Shown: positions 1-9,674 of the stretch, piece after piece
Position numbering within the stretch: position 1 is the stretch's first letter
Layout of the letters: each line of letters opens with the position of its first letter
Assembly (NCBI GenBank): GCA_036679645.1
Contig: JAZDCY010000042.1
Coordinates: 116,992-180,991 of the forward strand
Length of the DNA: 64,000 bases
Direction of reading: 5' to 3'
From: Gemmatimonadota bacterium
GTDB lineage: Bacteria > Gemmatimonadota > Gemmatimonadetes > Gemmatimonadales > GWC2-71-9
Notes under the pieces: model-generated
The model's input: only the letters and a program-made list of their open reading frames with translations
What the model was told of the DNA's origin: nothing
The model's database searches: none
Program-made: the position numbers and the translations under genes

Positions 1-428
1 CCGAAGTGCGGCTGGACTATCCGGACAGGCGATTTCGCGGTGTGATGGCAACAGTAGATCCGGGAGACACTATCCAGGTAGTCGTGTGGGGCAACGCAGA
101 CGGGTACTGCATCGCGTTGAATGATCGCGAAACCTGCGACCTCGGATTCTCCGCTGGTGCGGGGTGGACGTTCATCCAGAACATCTCCGCCCTACCGCCA
201 TGGGCCAAGGAAGGAATGAATGGGCTCTGGATCATGCTGCTAGTCATTCCGTTCGGTTTCTGGGCCCGGATGAGCTGGCAAAGCACAGCTGGAGGAATCC
301 TCCTTGTCGCGGGCCTGTTGATCGCTCCTTCTTGGGTCCACCTGAACGCCACAAGTATTGTCGAATGGGCTGGAGCCCTGTCGGGAGCACTCGGCGGAGC
401 ACTCGCCCGGCAGATGATAGGCCGGTGA
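1..428 (+). CDS. C-terminal part of a VanZ-associated membrane protein (5' end outside window); paralog of 13217-14281
   Basis: RRFRGVMATVDPGDTIQVVV...CIALNDRETCDLGFSAGAGWTFIQNISALPPWA aligns with RRFRGAMDGVHPGDTIVVVV...CIALNNRQDCNVGFSAGVGWTFIQNISALPSWA; ends in three hydrophobic segments. Confidence 0.8.
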   Translation, partial: EVRLDYPDRRFRGVMATVDPGDTIQVVVWGNADGYCIALNDRETCDLGFSAGAGWTFIQNISALPPWAKEGMNGLWIMLLVIPFGFWARMSWQSTAGGILLVAGLLIAPSWVHLNATSIVEWAGALSGALGGALARQMIGR

Positions 429-483
429 GGGATTAACGGTCCCACAGCACCGGCTGTTCTTGGCTGCGCGGCCAAGGATGGCG

Positions 484-642
484 CTAGAAGATCGTGTAAA
501 TGAAAGGCGCCAGTGCCGAGCCTTGGGCGAAAACCAGCAGCGCACCCACAAGGACCATAACAACGACTATCGGGAGCAACCAGAATTTCTTGCGGGCTCT
601 CATGAAAGCCCAAAATTCACGGAACAAACTCGAATGGCTCAT
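484..642 (-). CDS. 52-aa single-TM peptide, SxtK/DUF5989-like (not in ORF track)
   Basis: Hand translation: MSHSSLFREFWAFMRARKKFWLLPIVVVMVLVGALLVFAQGSALAPFIYTIF*. Has the family-typical RKK.WL.P and APFIYT.F; lies 8 nt after the SxtJ-like gene. Confidence 0.9.
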   Translation of the reverse strand: MSHSSLFREFWAFMRARKKFWLLPIVVVMVLVGALLVFAQGSALAPFIYTIF

Positions 643-650
643 ATCACGCC

Positions 651-1052
651 CTAGAATTGACGTTCCAAGTCACTGCGACTGCCAGTCGTGCGCCCAACCC
701 AAACGGACGGCCTACCGTGATGCGTCGTCATCGGATTCCGGCCAAACAGACGCATCACACCTCCAATGGGTGCGATGAGGACGAAGTAGATGATTCCCAT
801 AAAAATGGGGGTCGTCACCTTTGAAATGGCATGCGCCAGACCCATCCACGCTCGATGCACCGGCCCCAAATGAGCTGGGATCAGTAGCCCGGCGAGGATC
901 AGAAAACCACCGATGCTCCAGAACACGAGAGCCACGGGCTCATGCCCTCTCCACCACACGATGCCACCGAGGACCAGAAACGCAATCCCCACGGTGAGTC
1001 CGAACTTGCGCCCTTCGCGAGGGCTTAGTCGAGCTGGAATTCTTCCCGCCAA
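651..1052 (-). CDS. SxtJ-family membrane protein
   Basis: RKFGLTVG, WMGLAHAISKVTTPIFMGIIYF..APIG.VMRLFGRNP, C-terminal LERQF. TTG start at 1052 follows GGAGG and overlaps the end of the carbamoyltransferase. Confidence 0.85.
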   Translation of the reverse strand: MAGRIPARLSPREGRKFGLTVGIAFLVLGGIVWWRGHEPVALVFWSIGGFLILAGLLIPAHLGPVHRAWMGLAHAISKVTTPIFMGIIYFVLIAPIGGVMRLFGRNPMTTHHGRPSVWVGRTTGSRSDLERQF

Positions 1053-2854
1053 TCTCCCTCCTCTTTCCACTCGGGCTGCGTCGCCTTCTGAAGTACGAAG
1101 GGCCCGAGCACCAGGACGTCAATATGGGTCCGCATGAAGCATCGGTACGCGTCCGCTGGTGTGCAAACGATCGGCTCTCCGCGCACGTTGAACGACGTGT
1201 TCACCACAACGCCACATCCAGTCTGGCGCTCGAACTCCTCGATCAAGTCGTGGTAGTCCGGATTGGTCTCGCGCGAGACCGTCTGGACCCGCGCAGAGTA
1301 GTCCACGTGTGTGATCGCCGGGAGGTCGGAGCGAGGAACGTTCAGTTTCTCGATACCCCAGAGCCCCTCCTGAGCATCGGTCATGCGGATCTGGCGGTCC
1401 TTCTTGACGTCGGCGACCAATAACATATACGGCGAATCGCTGTCCAGTTCAAAGTAATCGCTCACTCGCTCGCGCAGGACACTCGGAGCAAAGGGGCGAA
1501 AGCTCTCCCGAAACTTGATCTTCAGGTTCATCTGCGCCTGCATCTTGGGACTGCGGGGGTCGCCAAGGATGCTACGCGAGCCCAGAGCTCGCGGTCCAAA
1601 CTCCATGCGCCCGTTGAACCAGCCGACGATCCTCTCGCTCGCCATCGCCTCCGCCACGCAGCGATGTAGATCTGATCGCTCGCGCCGTTCGTACGCTGCG
1701 CCGACGGATTGCAAGTACTCCTCAATCTCCGTGTCCGAGAAACTCGGACCGAGGTACGCACCACGCATTCCATCACCGCTAGACGGAACCGTGCGGGGCT
1801 GTTTGCAGTGCCGGTGCCAGATGAGCTGCGCGACCCCGAGTGCGCCACCCGCATCTCCCGCCGCGGGCTGGATCCAGAGTCGCTTGAAGGGTCCCTCTCG
1901 TAGCAGCCGGCCGTTCCCCACGCAGTTGAGCGCGACACCGCCGGCGAGGCAGAGATTCTCGAGACCCGTTTCACGGTGCACCGCGCGCGCCATGCGCAGC
2001 ATGACCTCTTCGGTTACGTCCTGTATTGAACGCGCGAGATCCATTTCCCGCTGGGTCAGCTTGGATTCGGGCTTACGGGGCGGACCGCCAAAGAGATTCG
2101 AGAACGCCCCATTCGTCATGGTCAGGCCCGTGAGGTAGTTGAAGTACTTCTGGTTCAACGTGAACGAGCCGTCTTCCTTGAGATCCATCAACTCTGTGAG
2201 GATCGTCTTGACGTATCTTGGCTCACCGTACGGGGCCAGCCCCATGATTTTGTACTCACCGGAATTCACCTTGAAGCCGGTGAAGTAGGTAAACGCAGAG
2301 TAGAGCAACCCCAGTGAGTCGGGCCAGTGCAACTCCTTGAGCAGTTCGATCTCCGACCCCCGGCCAACGCCGAACGATGCCGTCGCCCACTCACCCACGC
2401 CGTCCATCGTGAGAAACGCGGCCTCCTCGAAGGGCGAGGGGAAGAACGCGGAAGCCGCGTGTGATTCATGATGCTCGGCATAGAGGATCTGCCCATCGAA
2501 AGCGAGGTCATCGCGTAACTGCCGATCGATGTACAGCTTTTCCTTGATCCAGAGCGGTCCGGCCATCAGGAACGATCGAAACCCGCTTGGTGCCACACCA
2601 AGATAAGTCTCCAGGATTCGTTCAAACTTCAGCAGCGGCTTGTCGTAGAACCCGACATATGCGAGGTCCGCAGTGGTGATTTCCCCGGCTTTCAAGCAAT
2701 AGTCGACCGCGTGCTTGGGGAACGAAGAGTCACCCTTCTTCCGCGTGAACCGCTCTTCCTGCGCCGCCGCGACGATCTCCCCATCGCGAAGCAGACATGC
2801 CGCGCTATCGTGATAGAAGGCCGAGATTCCAAGTATGTATCTGCTTGCCGTCAC
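1025..2854 (-). CDS. O-carbamoyltransferase (NodU/CmcH/SxtI family)
   Basis: ILGISAFYHDSAA, AAQEERFTRKK, EHHESHAASAF, DGVGEWAT, LAGGVALNCVGN, EFGPRALGSRS, KFRESFRPFAP, NTSFNVRGEPIV; GTG start inferred. Confidence 0.95.
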   Translation of the reverse strand: MTASRYILGISAFYHDSAACLLRDGEIVAAAQEERFTRKKGDSSFPKHAVDYCLKAGEITTADLAYVGFYDKPLLKFERILETYLGVAPSGFRSFLMAGPLWIKEKLYIDRQLRDDLAFDGQILYAEHHESHAASAFFPSPFEEAAFLTMDGVGEWATASFGVGRGSEIELLKELHWPDSLGLLYSAFTYFTGFKVNSGEYKIMGLAPYGEPRYVKTILTELMDLKEDGSFTLNQKYFNYLTGLTMTNGAFSNLFGGPPRKPESKLTQREMDLARSIQDVTEEVMLRMARAVHRETGLENLCLAGGVALNCVGNGRLLREGPFKRLWIQPAAGDAGGALGVAQLIWHRHCKQPRTVPSSGDGMRGAYLGPSFSDTEIEEYLQSVGAAYERRERSDLHRCVAEAMASERIVGWFNGRMEFGPRALGSRSILGDPRSPKMQAQMNLKIKFRESFRPFAPSVLRERVSDYFELDSDSPYMLLVADVKKDRQIRMTDAQEGLWGIEKLNVPRSDLPAITHVDYSARVQTVSRETNPDYHDLIEEFERQTGCGVVVNTSFNVRGEPIVCTPADAYRCFMRTHIDVLVLGPFVLQKATQPEWKEEGDWREEFQLD

Positions 2855-3064
2855 CGAAGCTCCCGTGCGTTCCGTGCATCCGCATTCCAATCAACTTCGC
2901 ATCGTAAACGCAAGAGATGGGCTTCCTGTGGGACCCAGCGGGGCAGACCTTGTAACGAACACGACCGCAACACGTTACGTAGGCCCAGGTCACATGCCGG
3001 ACCGAACGCTGTTGCATCGGCGCAACGGCCGTTCAGCACGATGATCGAGGTATCGCCCACAGTA

Positions 3065-3950
3065 CTAGACCAACTCGCCTAGCAACCCCGGATCGGCGAG
3101 ATCGTAGAAAATACCCGTATGTGCGATCACCATCCACTCGCCACGACTCCCGATATCCCACGTGAGGCTCATGCGGGGGCTGAACTTGCCGCGTGTCTCA
3201 TCCAATGAGTCGTTCGCCAATCCGCTGCGCGCCAGGAACTCGGCGTTGGCGGGGATACTGGTCTGGGGGAGAAATTCCCATTCGTAGCGCAGCCCCACCT
3301 GCAAGTCGAGACCCGGCGCGAGTCTCCACCTGTCGTGGAGAAGGAGTCCCAACAACTGCGTGGAGAAACTCGAAATCGGAAGCGAGCCCACGGCCTGCGT
3401 GAACACACCGCTCCGAACGTCCAGATCGACAGCGCGCGAGAAAGCGAACTCGCCCGCACTCCCGAACGCGAAAGTCTGTTTCCAGGAGCTGAAATCTCCG
3501 TCCGCACCGAGCTTGATCTGACGCGTGCCGCTCCAGAGGTGAAACGTTTCGCGGGCGCGCACGGTCGATCTCTCGAATCTGGCCGGAAGACGTGCGTCAC
3601 TCCCGAAGGCGATCGCCTCATCCACGATGCGGGTGGAAGGAATCGCGGCGGCGGCGTAGCCGCGTTGTCCGAACTCGAATCCCACGCGCGCCTCGTTTGC
3701 GAAGCCGGAGCCCCAATGCGACGTGAGTGCCGCAGTCGCGGCGAGATCGCTCCCCTCCAGGGTCGTCCCCGGCGTCCACGTCCCGTCAGGTCCCACATCC
3801 ACACCGTCCCCGGCGACCGTCGCGAACTGCCCGCGCACGCTGAGCTGTTGCCCCTTGGCGAGGCGCCAGTCGAACCGGCCATAAACGGTGGCCGCGTCGG
3901 TTTTGCGGATTTCGGTGACACGCGGTCGGAGGGCCGGTGCCAGCGTTCCG
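3065..3950 (-). pseudogene. Internal beta-barrel fragment of an Oar-like TonB-dependent receptor
   Basis: Amphipathic beta-strand pattern (NEARVGF, QIKLGAD, LHDRWRLAPGLDLQVGLRYEWE, FSPRMSLTWD, GIFYD); no plug domain or C-terminus; ends abruptly. Confidence 0.75.
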
Positions 3951-4079
3951 ACATCACACGCGCGACGCAAGGGTCGCGTTCAATTGCGCCGTTGTGATGT
4001 TGCGTGACTGCAACGTGTCAGATGAAGCGCTAGGGACCTGCGGAATCCTGGTCTCTCAGGCGCATCAGCGTCAGCGCGG

Positions 4080-4240
4080 TCAGGCCGTCGTGGGTTTCGT
4101 GTTGGGGGCGTGCTCCACGAAGTCCCGCGACAGGTGGTTGGTGATGCCAGACGGACGCGGGCCCGACCGTCGCGACCGCCAGCACCCTGGGGGGACCCCA
4201 ACGATCCCATGGGTCCGCATCAGGCGCGCAGCCCGCTGTG
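4080..4240 (-). mobile_element. IS3-family transposase OrfB remnant
   Basis: RAARLMRTHGIVGVP...WRSRRSGPRPSGITNHLSRDFVEHAPNTK resembles the IS3 OrfB stretch RVARLM..G..G...N.L.RDF....PN.KWVTD; breaks off before the first catalytic Asp. Confidence 0.7.
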
Positions 4241-4248
4241 CAACAGTG

Positions 4249-5259
4249 TCAACGGTCGTCGACAATTGATCTTACGGTTGACGCGAGCCACCGCGTGAAG
4301 GCTCCTGTATCACCTACGTAAAGATGAGACCCCTCAGCGCATCGCCATGAATCTCCGTTCAACTCAGCATGCACATCACTCAAGAACGGCGCGTCAAGCA
4401 CTTGCTGAGCAACATCCCAATACTCTGTCTGTGGATACCGTTCGTTCTCGATGCTCCTGCGCTCTCCACAAGTAGGCAACATCACGAACAGGACAGTTCC
4501 ACCACGCCTCTGAATTGCATCGACACTCGACTGCACTCTTCGCAGAATGCTGTCACGCTGGAAGGGGCTTGCCTGTCTTCCGTCCAGCCGGAATTGCTCA
4601 TAGTCGTCAGAACCGAGAGGGTGTTCCCGATAGTCCCTTGCCAACGGCTGGAATCGGTCATCACGCGTCGTGAAGTCAGGAGGATCTGGCATCACTCGCA
4701 GAACCGCTCCACCTACGAGACTTCGCCAATTCAGCGTCGGATGGCGCAGCGGTATTGCCGAAGGAAGCCATTGCCGGATCCACGTCTCCAAGCGGCGAGA
4801 CGGACTCAAACGATACTCATCGTACGCCGCGGCTGCTTCAAGGAATATGCTCGGGTTCTGATCAACATTGAAGACAAAGAAGGGCGCAAAACCTACGACG
4901 GCAATCCCTGAGAATGACCTATCCTGCGCAACATGCTCCAACACCGGTACCGGTGAAGTGGCGACGAGCGCCAGGTTGTACACTGGTCGCTCAGGCCAGA
5001 CTTCTTCCCACACTATTGGATCTATCGCCGCCTGTGCTCTAGACGAGCCAAGAATCACCACTGACTTCGTGGATACCCGCGCGCGCATCGCCGCCCAGAC
5101 TGAAGCGCTGTTCGGAACCCCAGGCGTAAAGCCGCGTGCACGCCATCCTACAGTCCACAACGAAACCCCAACTCCGGCAACCACCACAGCAGCGAGCCAC
5201 ATTGGGAGCCACTGCATACGAGGCAGTCTGGATCTAGAATTGGAAGTAGATGAACGCAC
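4249..5259 (-). CDS. Membrane-anchored SGNH/DltD/AlgX-like protein, partner of the upstream MBOAT
   Basis: N-terminal TM, VVILGSSRAQAAIDP (Ser block), YNLAL, C-terminal EGSHL (D/ExxH-like); overlaps the MBOAT 3' end. Confidence 0.7.
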   Translation of the reverse strand: MRSSTSNSRSRLPRMQWLPMWLAAVVVAGVGVSLWTVGWRARGFTPGVPNSASVWAAMRARVSTKSVVILGSSRAQAAIDPIVWEEVWPERPVYNLALVATSPVPVLEHVAQDRSFSGIAVVGFAPFFVFNVDQNPSIFLEAAAAYDEYRLSPSRRLETWIRQWLPSAIPLRHPTLNWRSLVGGAVLRVMPDPPDFTTRDDRFQPLARDYREHPLGSDDYEQFRLDGRQASPFQRDSILRRVQSSVDAIQRRGGTVLFVMLPTCGERRSIENERYPQTEYWDVAQQVLDAPFLSDVHAELNGDSWRCAEGSHLYVGDTGAFTRWLASTVRSIVDDR

Positions 5260-6652
5260 GGTCAGTCACCGGGGTAACAAGGATTGCAAACAGCATGATC
5301 GCTATCAGGCATACCTTAGCCAACAATGGAAATCGCAGCCATTTCTCCTCAAGGCTAGAATCTCTCATCCACCAGTGCCAGAGAAGCAGCGCTGCGGTAA
5401 CGGCGAATACAGTCAGCACACTATCCTCTCCAATCACGATGTTCCTGTCACCTGCTATGCCTGCCATTGATGACACGATTCTCACAGCGCTCCTCCAATC
5501 TGGCGCGCGAAAAAACACCCATGTGAAACACACCGCTACGTAGGTGATGAGTATGAGTCCGAACATCGCCCATTTCTTTGTTGTAAGCGCACAAATGTAA
5601 GACATGCTCTTCACACGACGCTCGACCATGAGGAATGCACCGTGCAGCCCCCCCCATACGACAAATCTCCACGCAGCACCATGCCACAGGCCACCCAGCA
5701 GCATCGTCACCAACAGGTTGACCTGCGTGCGCCGCGCGCCCAACCGATTGCCGCCCAATGGCACATACAGGTAATCTCGTAGCCACGAAGAAAGCGATAT
5801 GTGCCATCTCCGCCAAAAATCTGAGAAACCCATGGCTGCGTACGGATATCGGAAGTTGTCAGGCAACGCGAAGCCCAACATCAAACCAACTCCAATGGCA
5901 CACGTGGAATAGCCTGCGAAGTCGAAGAAGATCTGCGCTGAGAACGCCAATGTTCCAACCCAGGCATCAACGAAGCCAGCATCCACAGCATTCGAATAGA
6001 CATGATCGGCGATCGGTGCCATCATGCTATCAGCAAGAACCACCTTCTGAAATAGCCCGACTAAGAATAAAGTGGCACCCCACGCGAATTCGTCCTTGTC
6101 TGCTCTCCGGACTGTCGTACACTGTGGCAGGAAATGTGACGCGCGGACAATTGGTCCCGCGACCAATTGCGGGAAGAACGAGACGAACAGCGCGAAATCG
6201 ACGAACCTCGGCCAAGGGTCTAGCTTACCGCGGTACACATCGATCGTATAAGACAACGTCTGAAACGTGTAGAATGAGATGCCAACGGGCAGGATGATAC
6301 CGAGGTCCACCGGCTCGTATTCGACACCGAGTAGTCGGAGAAACGCGTTGAAGTTGCCGAGGAGGAAATCTCCATATTTGAATGCTGCCAAGAGACCGAG
6401 ATTCGTGAAGAGGCTCCAGGACAACAAGAGTTTCCTCTGGTGGTCGGTTGCTGCGGGCATCCGTTTGGCGAGGTGCCAGTCCACTAGTGTTGAGAATGCC
6501 AGTAATAGGACGAATGGTGGATTCCAAGCGCCGTAGAAGATGTATGAAGCCAGAACGAGGAATGTCTTCTTCGCGCGCCATGAAGCGCGAGACGTGTGCA
6601 TGAGAAGCACGGCGGCGAAGAACAGCAGGAATGTGATGGAATTGAAAACCAT
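5234..6652 (-). CDS. MBOAT O-acyltransferase (AlgI/PatA-like)
   Basis: MVFNS, LPVGISFYTFQTLSYTIDVYR, FFPQLVAGPI, DFAGYS, FWRRWHISLSSWLRDYLY, GGLWHGA, C-terminal FIYFQF. Confidence 0.95.
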   Translation of the reverse strand: MVFNSITFLLFFAAVLLMHTSRASWRAKKTFLVLASYIFYGAWNPPFVLLLAFSTLVDWHLAKRMPAATDHQRKLLLSWSLFTNLGLLAAFKYGDFLLGNFNAFLRLLGVEYEPVDLGIILPVGISFYTFQTLSYTIDVYRGKLDPWPRFVDFALFVSFFPQLVAGPIVRASHFLPQCTTVRRADKDEFAWGATLFLVGLFQKVVLADSMMAPIADHVYSNAVDAGFVDAWVGTLAFSAQIFFDFAGYSTCAIGVGLMLGFALPDNFRYPYAAMGFSDFWRRWHISLSSWLRDYLYVPLGGNRLGARRTQVNLLVTMLLGGLWHGAAWRFVVWGGLHGAFLMVERRVKSMSYICALTTKKWAMFGLILITYVAVCFTWVFFRAPDWRSAVRIVSSMAGIAGDRNIVIGEDSVLTVFAVTAALLLWHWWMRDSSLEEKWLRFPLLAKVCLIAIMLFAILVTPVTDRAFIYFQF

Positions 6653-7099
6653 TGTAGCGGTACCGATCTTGGACAAGTGGGCGGTTCATCACGCCGCCTT
6701 TTTTGTGAGCGCCTGACGGGCATCGGCCGGGGTTCGATGGCCGTGCCATTCAAGGAACGACTCACATTATGCGTCTCGATACAATAGCGATGACCCCGCG
6801 TGCTTCCTCAAACGTGCAGTTGTTTCTTCCCCCCTGTACTCAGATCGGCCACGCTTGAACCGGCGGCCACGTTAGGGTGCGTATTTCAGTGCATTCAGAC
6901 ACCCAGTCCGGAGCGCGCTCGGCGCCGAACAGACGCTTGAGACGCTCCGCTTCGAATGGGTGCAAAACCCGCATCAGACAGTCCGCCAGCGGTCGCAGTT
7001 GGTGCGCCGATCATGGTTACACAGCGGTAAGACCTGTGTTGTTGCTCAAGAGCGGGAAATGCACGCGGTTCTGATACGACGCTCGGCACATCGGTCCGG

Positions 7100-7300
7100 C
7101 TATTGTGGGAAACAGAAGTACGCTACGGACATTGGCGAGGGCGCACCCGCGAACGGCGCGCCAGCTGTGTAGATCACCGTTCCACGTATCGATCCGGCAC
7201 TTATGCTCTGGGCTTCGAGCGGCGTTACGGCGCCGATGAGAGCGAGGGCTACGATGTAGTGCCGCAGTGCTCCTCCAACAGATGGAAACACAGGTTTGAC
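7100..7300 (-). pseudogene. N-terminal fragment (signal peptide and start of carboxypeptidase-regulatory-like domain) of a TonB-dependent receptor
   Basis: YIVALALIGAVTPLEAQSISAGSIRGTVIYTAGAPFAGA is the typical AQ...G.I.GTV.D..G.P..GA start; frame then lost. Confidence 0.6.
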
Positions 7301-7744
7301 GTGAATGAAGCAACGGACGGGATGCAATCCTGGAGCCCCGTACCAGCGGCCCGGCAGAACCTCCACAGTATCACACGTAAACGCATGTCATGCAAGGGGA
7401 TGCGTGCGTGACCACAGTCACGGCACTTACGTGCCCGACCCAGTCGTACCAATGATGTGGTATGATCGCTACAATATCCCCAGTACCTAGAGGCATGGGA
7501 TCCGTAGGACATAGCTGAGCCGCGATCCGTTGCACACCTCGTCCACCGCCCAGTGTCCCGTGCCGAAAAACCTGAAGCACCTACGACCAGAGCATGCATC
7601 TTGCGAGTGCGTGAGCGCTATCATGGTCACTCCGAATAGAACGCGCGCGCGTGAGAAACGGACGACACGCTCGGTAACGGTAGTCCCCGAGAGCCTCGTT
7701 GCGGCTCGCCACCCGAGTTCCTCCGTGCGCCCGGTCCGAATACG

Positions 7745-9403
7745 GTGCAGTTCCCACTCGAAGTCCTAGAAACTCCGCGGTCGCGCCTCCGGCAGGGTGC
7801 CGTGATCGTGCTGCTTCTCAGCCACGCAGTTCTCGCGTGGCTCGCGCGCCTCCCGGCAATCCTGACGGCCCAGGATGACGCCTATTACTTGCTCCTGGGG
7901 CGGTCGCTTCGGCACTTCAGCTATGCCGACATTTTCCAGATAGGCGCGCCAGCCCACCGTCTGTATCCGCCCGGCTACCCAGGATTCCTCGCCGTATTGA
8001 CGAGCGTTTTCGGGGAGCGGCTCGACCTCCTCGTGAGCGCCAACATCGTGCTATCCGTATTGGTACTTGCCCTCGTCTACAAAGTGATCAGACAAGTGTC
8101 GTCGGACTGGCTCGCCCTCGCGTCGTTAGCCGTGCTCGTCGTCAATCCCGCGCTCGTGTTTACCCCGGGGATACTCCGTTCGGAGACACTGTTTGCTAGC
8201 CTGACCGTTCTCGCGCTCTTCGCTATCCGCACACCTCACTCGACGCGCAGGCAACTCATCATTGCAGGCACGGCCTGTACGCTGGCAGCGCTAACACGAA
8301 CGATCGGCGTTGCGCTTCTCGTAGCCACCGCTGTTCACTGGTTCCTCGAACGGCGCTGGCGGGCCGCGAGCGTGCTGGTGGTCATCGGGGGCGGATTGGC
8401 CGGCGCCTGGCTGGTCTGGTCATTCATGGCTCCCGTCCAATTCGCGGGCGCATCGTACGCTGCAGACTTCGCCGGCTCCCCCTCCCACGGAGCATTGGGC
8501 AGCCCCGGACTGCTGCACACCGTTGTAACTCGGGTCATGAACAACCTCCCGGAATATGTCGGGCGATCCCTTCCCGCGGCGCTGGCATTCCCAACGCTGC
8601 CCGGGACCGTAGTGGACAACCTGTTTGCGGCGGGGGTTGTCGTCGTTGGACTCACGACAGGGATCATCGTGTTCTTCCGCGCGTGGCGCGTTGCGGGCCT
8701 CTACCTGGTCGTGTATCTCGGCGTGCTCGCAGTTTGGCCATATCGCTCAGGCCGATTCCTCACTCCCCTGTTACCGATCGTGGTCCCAGCAATCCTCATC
8801 GGGACGTACCAGCTGCTCGCGGTGCGGTGGCGCCAAGTTGCCCGTGTGACCACGACCGCATTGGCGGCGTACCTGTTCGCGGGTGGGACCTATCGCTCGA
8901 TAGCGACCATCAGTGCGGGCGCGTGCCCGCGCGGCTCCCGATACCCGGACAGGAGTTGCGTGAGCCCCGACCAAGCGAGCTTCTTTGCCACACTCCGCTT
9001 CATCGAAGCGAACACGCCGGCGGACGCCACGTTCCTCACCGCCAAGCCGCAACCGCTGTTCTACTATACCGGTCGCCAAACCATTTCGCGCGAGGCCGCA
9101 GCCGCACAGACTCCCGGGACACTGACGGGCTTTCTCCAGAATCAGAATGTTGACTACATTCTCTTAGCAAGTCTCAACTCCCTCGAGATGAGTCGGTTTC
9201 CTGACTTGCTGGAGCCGAATTGCCGGACTCTCGCAGTAGTTGCGCAGTTCCCTCCCCGTACCGCTCTCTTTCGACCGCGCGCTCAAGCTGATCCGGACGA
9301 CACGACGGCGTGCGAGGTCCTCGCTGACCTGCGCCGCGCCAACCTCAACCGGGACTTCGCCAGCGAGTTCAACCCTGCCCGACACAACAAGCGGCGGCAG
9401 TAG
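7745..9403 (+). CDS. GT-C fold membrane glycosyltransferase (ArnT/PMT-like)
   Basis: First TM followed by QDDAYYLLLG, YPPGYP, SETLF, LTRTIG; many TMs; C-terminal periplasmic domain; start uncertain. Confidence 0.8.
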   Translation: MQFPLEVLETPRSRLRQGAVIVLLLSHAVLAWLARLPAILTAQDDAYYLLLGRSLRHFSYADIFQIGAPAHRLYPPGYPGFLAVLTSVFGERLDLLVSANIVLSVLVLALVYKVIRQVSSDWLALASLAVLVVNPALVFTPGILRSETLFASLTVLALFAIRTPHSTRRQLIIAGTACTLAALTRTIGVALLVATAVHWFLERRWRAASVLVVIGGGLAGAWLVWSFMAPVQFAGASYAADFAGSPSHGALGSPGLLHTVVTRVMNNLPEYVGRSLPAALAFPTLPGTVVDNLFAAGVVVVGLTTGIIVFFRAWRVAGLYLVVYLGVLAVWPYRSGRFLTPLLPIVVPAILIGTYQLLAVRWRQVARVTTTALAAYLFAGGTYRSIATISAGACPRGSRYPDRSCVSPDQASFFATLRFIEANTPADATFLTAKPQPLFYYTGRQTISREAAAAQTPGTLTGFLQNQNVDYILLASLNSLEMSRFPDLLEPNCRTLAVVAQFPPRTALFRPRAQADPDDTTACEVLADLRRANLNRDFASEFNPARHNKRRQ

Positions 9404-9674
9404 CCGGCCATCGCATAGATGCTGCATCCCAGTAACATGCGCCAAAGGAGTTGGAGTGCGGGCCGGTTCGGTGCCCCCCCCCTTGCCCTCGGTTGGTACG
9501 CGGCTCACGGGGGGACGGCGCCCGACCGACGGTGACGTCCAGCAATCCCGATCGGCGTTGGCCAATGACTCTCGCACGCCTCTTGCGCCTGGAGCGAGCA
9601 TTACTCTTCCTGGGCAGACCGAGGTCTGATTGCAGATGAAGCCGAGAACGCCACCGGGCGCTCGCAACGTCAGA

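Noticed and set aside
484..2854. Saxitoxin biosynthesis cluster
   Set aside because: Only sxtI/J/K-like genes are present; no sxtA, sxtG or other core genes, and the context is glycan synthesis
2860..3060. Short ORFs upstream of the carbamoyltransferase
   Set aside because: No recognisable motifs or RBS; probably decayed or intergenic sequence
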